DNA of 64,000 bases from a virus (lineage: Duplodnaviria > Caudoviricetes): IMG/VR virus record IMGVR_UViG_3300027782_000030, positions 128,001-192,000 of that record, one strand, 5' to 3'. Below, in pieces: positions 19,201 through 25,916 of the stretch. Position 1 is the stretch's first letter. Each line of letters begins with the position of its first letter. The notes beneath the pieces were generated by a model. That model ran no database searches. It was not told the DNA's origin and saw nothing but the letters and a program-made list of their open reading frames with translations. Both the position numbers and the translations under genes were made by a program.

Positions 19201-22200
19201 AAATCAAAAAGATTGCCAAACAAAAATAATTTTATTATCATTGATAATAACATAATTGACAGTTTTGATTGGTCATGGCACCCTGATGAAACAGAAGAGC
19301 CATTTGTTTATATATTTGGTAATAATCAGTACTCGGCTGAGATAATGCCAACTATAAAATATGTTGTAGAAGGTGCTGCTGAAATAAAATATGTTAACGA
19401 TATAATTGCTACTTTAGGTGAAAACAAAACCTATTGGGAAATGCCTGAAGGTGTGAATATTATCAACTTTGATTTTAGTTGGGTACCTAACCCTAAAGAC
19501 CCTGCTTACATATATGAATTTGGTACTCAATGGAATGATAGAGGAGGACCAAAATATGTTCCTCCTAATAAAGGGCTTAGATTAGCATCAGGTAAACTTA
19601 TCGGTCAATATAAGTATGTCAGTGATCAAATTGCTACAGTAGGGGAAAATAAAACAAATTGGATCATACCTAATAATATTGACATTACAGGTTTTGATTT
19701 TAGTTGGGTCCCACATCCCGATGATCCGCCATATGTATATGAATTTGGTACCCAATGGCAGCAGACAGGAGGGCCCAAGTATATAGTTGAGAATGCTACT
19801 GAAGTTAAATATGTAGATATATTTAAAGTTAGAATGTTACCCAATAGTGATAATTGGGAAGTACCTGATAATATAGATAGCACTAAATTTGATTTTAGCT
19901 GGCATCCAAATTCAACTGAAGAACCCTACACATATAAATTTGGAACTCAGTGGCAAAAGACTGGAGGTCCTAGTTATTTAACACCTGGTATTCATAAAAA
20001 CAGTCCGATAAAATATATTGATAATCAAGTACTTAGTAGTATTAGATTACCCAACAAAGACAATTTTACTATATTAGATAATATTATTGTTGCTGATTTT
20101 GATTACAGTTGGCACCCTGACGAAACTGAAGAGCCGTATGTGTACGTATTTGGTAATAATTATTATCCAGCTGAGATAATGCCAACTATTCAATATGTAC
20201 CCGAAAATGTAGTCAGAGCAGCATCAGGGATACCAATTGAGCCAATTAAATATGTTAATAATGTGGTTGCAACATTAGGACAAAATAAAACTAATTGGAT
20301 AGTACATCAGCCGATAGATGAAAGTAAGTTTGATTTCAGTTGGGTACCTAATCCCAAAGATCCTCCTTATATCTATGTTTGGGGTAACAAGTATATTTCA
20401 AACATATATAAACCTACATTGGAATATGTTCCTTCTGAAATTCCTAGACTAGCAACAGGTAAACCAATTGGTCAAATTAAGTATATGGATGATGACGTTG
20501 AAGTTCTTCCCGAATGGGATAATTGGATTATACCTGAAGATATAGATAAAAATAGTTTTGATTTTACATGGAGACCTGATCCACGTGAGCCTGATTTTAT
20601 ATATCAATTTGGTACACAACATCAAAAAACAGGTGGTCCTCAGTATATTACCTTAGGTATCCCTAGACTAGCAACAGGAAAACCAATTGGCGGTCAAGTT
20701 AAATATGTTGATGGTATAAAGGCTAAAAAGCTACCTAATAAAACTAATTGGACTAATCCTAGCAAAGCGGATGTTAGTACATTTGATTTCAGTTGGCACC
20801 CGGACGATACGTCACCTCCTTACATATATCAATTTGGTACATTATTAGATAGAGAAGATGGACCTAGGTATATGACTCCAAAGACTAATGGAGTGATTGT
20901 TTATTTGGAAAAAGTTGAAAAAGAAATTGAGGAAGTTATAGAAGAATTGGTACGAGGTGATTTCCCTAAATATTATATTTCTACTACCCTTGAAGATTTG
21001 GTAAAAGAACACCCAAATGAAATGTTTTGGGCATTAAATCCTAATTTAGATTATAGTGATTTTGATTTTGATTGGAGACCTAATATTGACCGATCACAGT
21101 ATGAATCAGAATATGTTCATGTGTTTGGATCTAGTGAAAGTGAAAAAACACAGACATATCTAGTTAATAGTATAATGTGGGAGAAAGGTTTTAGAGAATT
21201 AAATTGGGTCGTTGACAAAAAACTTGATGATGTAACATTATTTAAAATGTTCAAAAAATCCGATATGTTCTTTGTAGATAGAAGTAACCTAGAATCTCAC
21301 GCAAGATTTGAACAACTTAAAGTTAAATTTCCTAATATACAAAAGACAAGATACCTAAATAGTTGGGTTGATACTATTAATCGTTGTATAAATCGTGCAA
21401 GTAGTAATTTATGTTGGATATTAAACAGTGAATTAGATTATAGTAATTTTGATTTTGATTATTATCCTAATCCTTGGCAAATGAAAATGGTCCATGTATT
21501 TGGAACACAATGGAGTCATTGGGGGTCAACATTCATGGTCAACCGAGAATCATTTGCTGAAGATACTAAATGGATTAAAATTATAGAGCATTTAAGTAAT
21601 CTTAACTTTGTAAAAGATAGAATTGCTATAGCTGATAACAATGTATATGACATATATGTTGTAGACCACGGTAATAAAGAAACAGCCACTGTGGTTGATC
21701 AATTGACTAATAAAGCGTGTGGTAAATCAGTTAATACTATTAAATATACCGAAAATTATTTACTTACATTTAGAAATCTATTAAGACAATTACCTGAAAA
21801 GAAAGAACATTATATTTGGTTATGTAGTAGCATATGTGACTATAGTAATTTTGACTTTAGTTATATATGCGATCCTTTTGCCCGTGAGCAATTGCATGTA
21901 TTTCCTAGTGATACTCAAAAATTAGGTGATACCTTTTTAGTTAATATTAATAAGTTTCGTGAATTAATTAATAATATGACTTTATTAAATGAATATAATA
22001 AAATCAATTATAATCAACATCAAAAAGTTAAAAGATTAGAACCGCCCACTATTATTACTAATTACGATTCTCATGTATTAAGTGTAATGGAAGACTTTGA
22101 TTTCCCATATGCTGTGTTTTTATCTGAAGATAATAAAGATTTAAAAGTCAATGACGAAGAGCCGATTAGTTTATGGAGCAGTGACACTAAAAACATTGTT

Positions 22201-22986
22201 GTTACTAGCACAGGTGGAACAAGAATAGTAGTTCCCAAAGAGGCTAAAAATTATGTAGATACGCAATTGTATGATTACCCCTACATTAAAAAGGCTAGTA
22301 GACTTGTGCCTAGTAATGTTTTAGACATTGTGTTTTTAAGTAATGGTGAGCCCAATGCAGATGAAAACTATGAAAACTTGTTAAAACTAACTCGTGGGTT
22401 ACCAAATAAAGTTACTAGAATAGAAGGCATAAATGGTAGAGTAGCCGCTTATCATAAAACAGCAGAGGCTAGTAATACTAACTGGTATTTTGTTGTTTGG
22501 GGTAAACTATTTGTTAATCCAAAGTTTGATTGGTCGTGGCAACCTGATAGATTACAAATACCTAAGAACTATATATTTCATGCAAAAAATCCATTGAATG
22601 GATTAATATATGGCCATCAAGCAGTTGTTGCGTATAATAAAAAATTAGCATTATCTACTAAAGGTAATCAATTAGACTTTACTATGGAAAGTCCACATCA
22701 GGTAGTACCTATATTATCAGGGACCGCTAATTATAATAGTGATGCATGGACTACATGGAGAACTGCATTTAGAGAGTGTATTAAACTTAGATATGATAAT
22801 ACTGAAGAAAGCAAAAATAGATTAAAAATTTGGTTAACTAAAGCCGATGGAAATTTTGCAGACTTTAGTATTCAAGGCGCTAACGATGCTATAGAGTATT
22901 TTGATAGTGTGGATGGTGAGTATTCTAAACTCAAACTAAGCTACGAATGGGCTTGGCTGAGAGAAAAGTTCCAAAAATTTGACTAA
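16237..22986 (+). CDS. 2249-aa repeat protein with many FDFSW.P repeats and a C-terminal glycosyltransferase-A-like region
   Basis: Units of about 70 aa (W..P..ID...FDFSW.P....PYIY.FG.QW..TGGP.Y) organised in a 344-aa super-repeat. The C-terminus has DIVFLSNGEPNADENY...WRTAFRECIKL. Confidence 0.7.
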   Translation: MRDVFYYGKKPNVHPKEKFATSIEDARSQCTTEHFWIINEYCDYRNLDWDFDFEFLPDEDVWAEDHNNVWPSQHQKDSGTWLCPKKNSDIIIYRADVDPVIRKNIKNDNWVILYEIDEINFDFSWHPDPTDPSYTYVWGNQWHSGKIMPTVKYSVLGSLEVKYIENNIAILAQLPENFDIFEEVENFDFSWHPNPTSPPYIYVWGNQWNIPQDKISIQYKVDGATEHNYMAERAIRKPCTGNWIIPDNVDTIGFDFSWEPSPADQPYIYQFGTQWQKTGGPQYLTPGVHKNSDIKYIDLQKVKILPNKDNFIILDNIIVDDFDYSWHSDETEEPYIYVFGNNLYAAEIMPTIQYVPKNAVRLTSGKPIEQIKYVNDLVAKLGENRNNWVIHQPIDEIKFDFSWVPNPKDPPYIYVWGNKYISNIYKPTVEYIVEGATEIKYMDDSVAVLPELDRWYIPNNIDDTGFDYTWRPDPLEPVLIWQFGTQWQKTGGPRYTMPSAIEIKYIDSQKVKALPNKNWTIPKNIDVSEFDFSWHPDDTSPSYIYRFPTQWAMSGGPIYTVVGATEVKYIDIFRAKALPNTDNWEFDSNNIDSSIFDFSWHPYAEDEPFIYQFGTQWQKTGGPRYLTPGVHKNSPVKYIDTRIIKAKRLPNKNNFVILDDNVISDFDYSWHHDDTEELFIYVFGNNLYSAEIMPTIQYVPKNAVRLTSGKPIEQIKYVNDLVAKLGENRNNWVIYQPIDESKFDFSWVPNPKDPAYIYCWGNKFISNVYKPTIEYIVEGATEIKYMDDNVVVVPESDRWYIPSNIDDTGFDYTWRPNPLEPDLIWQFGTQWQKTGGPRYIMPGAIEVKYIDSQKVKALSNKNWTIPENIDVSEFDFSWHPDDTSPPYIYRFPTQWAISGGPNYIVEGATEIKYIDKLKAKALPCKDYWDFNSAIVDENSFDFSWHPYAEDEPFIYQFGTQWQKTGGPRYLTPGVHKNSPIKYIDTRIIKSKRLPNKNNFIIIDNNIIDSFDWSWHPDETEEPFVYIFGNNQYSAEIMPTIKYVVEGAAEIKYVNDIIATLGENKTYWEMPEGVNIINFDFSWVPNPKDPAYIYEFGTQWNDRGGPKYVPPNKGLRLASGKLIGQYKYVSDQIATVGENKTNWIIPNNIDITGFDFSWVPHPDDPPYVYEFGTQWQQTGGPKYIVENATEVKYVDIFKVRMLPNSDNWEVPDNIDSTKFDFSWHPNSTEEPYTYKFGTQWQKTGGPSYLTPGIHKNSPIKYIDNQVLSSIRLPNKDNFTILDNIIVADFDYSWHPDETEEPYVYVFGNNYYPAEIMPTIQYVPENVVRAASGIPIEPIKYVNNVVATLGQNKTNWIVHQPIDESKFDFSWVPNPKDPPYIYVWGNKYISNIYKPTLEYVPSEIPRLATGKPIGQIKYMDDDVEVLPEWDNWIIPEDIDKNSFDFTWRPDPREPDFIYQFGTQHQKTGGPQYITLGIPRLATGKPIGGQVKYVDGIKAKKLPNKTNWTNPSKADVSTFDFSWHPDDTSPPYIYQFGTLLDREDGPRYMTPKTNGVIVYLEKVEKEIEEVIEELVRGDFPKYYISTTLEDLVKEHPNEMFWALNPNLDYSDFDFDWRPNIDRSQYESEYVHVFGSSESEKTQTYLVNSIMWEKGFRELNWVVDKKLDDVTLFKMFKKSDMFFVDRSNLESHARFEQLKVKFPNIQKTRYLNSWVDTINRCINRASSNLCWILNSELDYSNFDFDYYPNPWQMKMVHVFGTQWSHWGSTFMVNRESFAEDTKWIKIIEHLSNLNFVKDRIAIADNNVYDIYVVDHGNKETATVVDQLTNKACGKSVNTIKYTENYLLTFRNLLRQLPEKKEHYIWLCSSICDYSNFDFSYICDPFAREQLHVFPSDTQKLGDTFLVNINKFRELINNMTLLNEYNKINYNQHQKVKRLEPPTIITNYDSHVLSVMEDFDFPYAVFLSEDNKDLKVNDEEPISLWSSDTKNIVVTSTGGTRIVVPKEAKNYVDTQLYDYPYIKKASRLVPSNVLDIVFLSNGEPNADENYENLLKLTRGLPNKVTRIEGINGRVAAYHKTAEASNTNWYFVVWGKLFVNPKFDWSWQPDRLQIPKNYIFHAKNPLNGLIYGHQAVVAYNKKLALSTKGNQLDFTMESPHQVVPILSGTANYNSDAWTTWRTAFRECIKLRYDNTEESKNRLKIWLTKADGNFADFSIQGANDAIEYFDSVDGEYSKLKLSYEWAWLREKFQKFD
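16990..20900 (+). repeat. Intragenic tandem repeats with a 1032-nt super-period (boundaries approximate)
   Basis: 17272-17357 is identical to 18304-18389 (86 nt, offset 1032). The flanks differ mainly at synonymous positions. Confidence 0.85.
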
Positions 22987-23007
22987 ATATATAGAAGGTG
23001 ATATACT
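22979..23007 (+). promoter_or_regulatory. sigma70-type promoter containing a TAAATA motif
   Basis: TTGACT-17 nt-TATACT, with TAAATA at 22984-22989. Confidence 0.65.
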
Positions 23008-23037
23008 GTAGTCATCGGTAACACAACGGAGGTTGAT

Positions 23038-23292
23038 ATGAAACGAGTTCTTGGTCTTGTCGTAGCGTTAGGTCTTGGTGCAAGTGCTACTGGTTGCGCC
23101 AGTCATCAGGTTGCCCCCGCAATTGTAGGGGCAGTAGTTGGAGTAGCGGTTGCAGATGCGGCTTACCGTCGTCCTGTAGTGGTTCAGGGTCCTGTTGTTA
23201 TTCAGCAACGTCAGTATCCTACAAATTATAATCGTCAGCCGGTTTATGTGTGTGACTACTATACTATCCCTAACCGTTGTTCTTGGCAATAA
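23038..23292 (+). CDS. Small predicted lipoprotein
   Basis: Signal peptide ending in a lipobox-like ATGC, with a GGAGG SD. Confidence 0.65.
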   Translation: MKRVLGLVVALGLGASATGCASHQVAPAIVGAVVGVAVADAAYRRPVVVQGPVVIQQRQYPTNYNRQPVYVCDYYTIPNRCSWQ

Positions 23293-23306
23293 TAGGAGAT
23301 CGTAAA

Positions 23307-23627
23307 ATGAAAACAAAAATTCTAGCTGCCGTGCTAGCCATGGCTCCATTAAGTGGCATGGCCCAACACCATCAAGGGTTCAGACATTTTGACCATCATC
23401 AACACTACAGAGGTGGATTGGGATGGGTAGCACCTGCTGTAATCGGTGGTGCTGTAGTATATGGACTAACCCGCCCTGCACCAGTAATCGTTCAACAACC
23501 GCCGGTTTATATTCAACAACCTATTATAGTAGACTCATCACAGGTTGTAATCATTGATGGAGTATCTTACATTAAACAGGCCATGATTATTAATGGAGTA
23601 ACACAAGAGGTATTGGTACGCCAATAA
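23307..23627 (+). CDS. Small secreted or membrane protein, His- and Pro-rich
   Basis: ATG at 23307 after AGGAG. Signal peptide MKTKILAAVLAMAP, and a PVIVQQPPVYI motif resembling the upstream gene. Confidence 0.6.
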   Translation: MKTKILAAVLAMAPLSGMAQHHQGFRHFDHHQHYRGGLGWVAPAVIGGAVVYGLTRPAPVIVQQPPVYIQQPIIVDSSQVVIIDGVSYIKQAMIINGVTQEVLVRQ

Positions 23628-23633
23628 TAAACA

Positions 23634-23783
23634 ATGTTTAAATTTAAATTATGGGTTAGGATTAATCCCTATCAAACTGCTCATACTGTAGTTTGGGCCA
23701 GCAACGCACTGGAGGCCAAACAATTAGGTGAGACTCAGTATGGTGTAGGCAATGTGCTTAACTATACGCAAATAGATGAATAA
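23634..23783 (+). CDS. 49-aa hypothetical protein, missed by the ORF track
   Basis: MFKFKLWVRINPYQTAHTVVWASNALEAKQLGETQYGVGNVLNYTQIDE fills the gap exactly. Confidence 0.55.
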   Translation: MFKFKLWVRINPYQTAHTVVWASNALEAKQLGETQYGVGNVLNYTQIDE

Positions 23784-23789
23784 CCTATA

Positions 23790-24941
23790 ATGAATAATTT
23801 TATAGTTTATAACCCATCATCTTTGGATGGGACAGTATACAATATATTTTTTAATATTTTTGGTAGATATACAGATATCGTAGAAGATGTTAAACTGTTT
23901 AGTGGTATTTCAGTCTTAACATTAAGAGAAGATTTATTGTTAACAAAAAATCCACTAATGTTTAATTATTATGAAATTTACATGTACAGAAAATCTAAAG
24001 GGTTACCTACAAAAATTATCATTGATTGGTCATTAGAGGGTCAATGTCATAATTCAAGTTTATCAACTTTATTCAAGGAAAACGAACTTAATATTGATAA
24101 AGATATATTATTTGTACATAATGATTCTTCTAATAGAATTTGGGTTCCGTTTAATATTGGACAACAGTTAACTATTGATTACCATGCATTAGATGCATAT
24201 AAAAGGTGTATTATTACCTCTAGCAATTTGACTGACAGAACCTTAGTAAAAGACAGAAAAAATGGATTAAATTTATTAATAGGTAAATTAAAAACAAAAC
24301 ATTCTAGATTTTTGGCAGCATATTATTTTTATAAATATGATTTACTTGATAGTGCTGTATTAGGTTTGCATGTACTACCAGAAGATATTGTCACAAGGAT
24401 GAAACTACATCCTGCATATTATGATATGAACTTTTATAATAAAATTGTACCATTATTAGGACCAGCGGATTCAGTTTCTAAACTACACGATACGAATGAA
24501 GGGTGTACAGCAGAAGATGGCGGGTGGCCATTTGATCCAAACATATTTAAAAATTCTAGTATAAGCTATGTTTGTGAAACCTATGATATTGACAAAGGAA
24601 TTTTTCCATACTTAGTGACAGAAAAATTTTATAGGTCTATTATTAATAAACATCCGTTTGTAGTGCAAGCCGGTTCAGGTCAATTAAACACTGTTAAATC
24701 TTTGGGGTTTGAAACCTTTTCATCTATCATTGATGAAAGTTATAATGATTATGATGTTCTTGATTATTCACATGTTGAAAAAACTGTATTAGCCGCAAAG
24801 GATTTTTTATCAAAACTATCTAATAATGCTGATAAAATACAAGAAATTGTAGACTATAATTATAATCGTTGGCTATCAAGAAGTAAGGATGAATATGATA
24901 AGACTACTGATTTTTTTATCAGATTTATAAATAATCAGTAA
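23790..24941 (+). CDS. Glycosyltransferase-like protein, divergent paralog 5
   Basis: SYVCET, VTEKFY..HPF and LGFETF..IDESYN. Confidence 0.5.
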   Translation: MNNFIVYNPSSLDGTVYNIFFNIFGRYTDIVEDVKLFSGISVLTLREDLLLTKNPLMFNYYEIYMYRKSKGLPTKIIIDWSLEGQCHNSSLSTLFKENELNIDKDILFVHNDSSNRIWVPFNIGQQLTIDYHALDAYKRCIITSSNLTDRTLVKDRKNGLNLLIGKLKTKHSRFLAAYYFYKYDLLDSAVLGLHVLPEDIVTRMKLHPAYYDMNFYNKIVPLLGPADSVSKLHDTNEGCTAEDGGWPFDPNIFKNSSISYVCETYDIDKGIFPYLVTEKFYRSIINKHPFVVQAGSGQLNTVKSLGFETFSSIIDESYNDYDVLDYSHVEKTVLAAKDFLSKLSNNADKIQEIVDYNYNRWLSRSKDEYDKTTDFFIRFINNQ

Positions 24942-24949
24942 ATAAAAGT

Positions 24950-25260
24950 ATTGTTGTAAAAGCCGTGAGGAAAGAAGCAAGTCAAAAGACGGGCAAGACG
25001 GGGGTGCGAATCCCCCCACCTCCACCAAAAGCATACTAGAGTGACGCTGGGGAAGAGTAATAGGCAGCGGTCGATAAATCTTCCAAGTATGCTTCTGATG
25101 GGGGTGACTAGAATCGATTGACGGATGAGTAGATGAGTGGACAACACGAGAGGCGATGGACGTAATCCAAGCAAAATCTATAAATGCCAACGATGAGGTA
25201 TTTTCTTTAGCCGCATGAGGCTGAGACGGAGTAGGACAGACTCTGTAAAATAACCAACCT
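24950..25260 (+). ncRNA. ssrA: Circularly permuted (two-piece) tmRNA gene (outer boundaries approximate)
   Basis: The acceptor piece comes first: T-arm GGGGG-TGCGAAT-CCCCC (25000-25016) and CACCTCC-ACCA (25017-25027). The 5' piece GGGGGTG (25100-25106) pairs with it and forms G3:U70. Tag ORF at 25186-25218 reads ANDEVFSLAA*. Confidence 0.92.
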
Positions 25261-25261
25261 G

Positions 25262-25290
25262 TAATAGGCCCGCAAGGGCCTATTATTTTG
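25262..25290 (+). terminator. Rho-independent terminator of the tmRNA gene
   Basis: TAATAGGCCC-GCAA-GGGCCTATTA followed by a T-rich run. Confidence 0.85.
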
Positions 25291-25316
25291 TTGTTTTTTC
25301 GCAACAAACCCAAAAT

Positions 25317-25345
25317 TTGACATTAATTCGGCATAAGCGTATACT
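25317..25345 (+). promoter_or_regulatory. Early sigma70 promoter
   Basis: TTGACA-17-TATACT. Confidence 0.85.
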
Positions 25346-25354
25346 ATATCTATA

Positions 25355-25747
25355 GTGAGAAACAAGGAGAGCGAAATGAGCGAACTGACTTACAAGACTT
25401 GGGAAGAGTACACTCCGCTTGAGCAGGCCGCAATGACCTACTGGGACATGTACAAGGACGCTTACAATTTCCGCCCCCGTAGTGTAGACACGTCCACATG
25501 GACGCTGGCCGACTTCCAAAAGGAGTTCGAAACCCTTCAGTTTATCATCGACCGTGATGAGGCCCAGCGTATCGAGGACGAGGCTGCGGCCGTGACTCGG
25601 TTCGAAGCCCGTATTGCTAGCATCATCCAACTTGGTGCTAGGGACCGTGCAATGGCACTGCGTTGGATTCACGAGGCTGAGGACACCGGCGGCGACGATG
25701 AGTACCTCTGCTACACGGTTGGCATCCCTTATGGATACTTCAAATGA
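25355..25747 (+). CDS. Hypothetical early protein
   Basis: 130-aa ORF with GC-richer codons. The ATG at 25376 after AAGGAG may be the true start. Confidence 0.7.
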   Translation: MRNKESEMSELTYKTWEEYTPLEQAAMTYWDMYKDAYNFRPRSVDTSTWTLADFQKEFETLQFIIDRDEAQRIEDEAAAVTRFEARIASIIQLGARDRAMALRWIHEAEDTGGDDEYLCYTVGIPYGYFK

Positions 25748-25857
25748 CATTCACTTTAACTACCCCAACTGGTAAGGTTATGCAGTTCTATTTGCAGGCT
25801 ATGGCTGAAATGTATCAGACACTTTACCAAGGCACAATCACTAAGGTTTCTGCTTGA
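25744..25857 (+). CDS. 37-aa hypothetical early peptide
   Basis: MTFTLTTPTGKVMQFYLQAMAEMYQTLYQGTITKVSA, with an ATGA overlap with the upstream gene. Confidence 0.5.
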   Translation: MTFTLTTPTGKVMQFYLQAMAEMYQTLYQGTITKVSA

Positions 25858-25882
25858 CATTAATTCAGGCAGTTGCTATAAT
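25854..25882 (+). promoter_or_regulatory. Early sigma70 promoter
   Basis: TTGACA-17-TATAAT. Confidence 0.85.
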
Positions 25883-25916
25883 CTTTTTATCGTAGTTTTT
25901 TCAACAGGAGTAAGAA

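Noticed and set aside
16990-20900. CRISPR array or diversity-generating retroelement
   Set aside because: The repeats are in-frame coding units with no unique spacers. The mismatches I compared are mostly synonymous and not adenine-specific, and there is no reverse transcriptase or cas gene in the window.
24997-25027. Stand-alone tRNA or integration-site fragment
   Set aside because: There is no anticodon arm, and the matching 5' strand and tag ORF lie downstream, so it belongs to the permuted tmRNA.
25090-25110. Hammerhead ribozyme at CTGATG
   Set aside because: The sequence is CUGAUGG rather than CUGAUGA, and there is no suitably placed GAAA or stem arrangement.
24876-25313. Minus-strand ORFs 24876..25313 and 24935..25174
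   Set aside because: They are antisense shadows of the tmRNA gene and its terminator, with no protein-like features.
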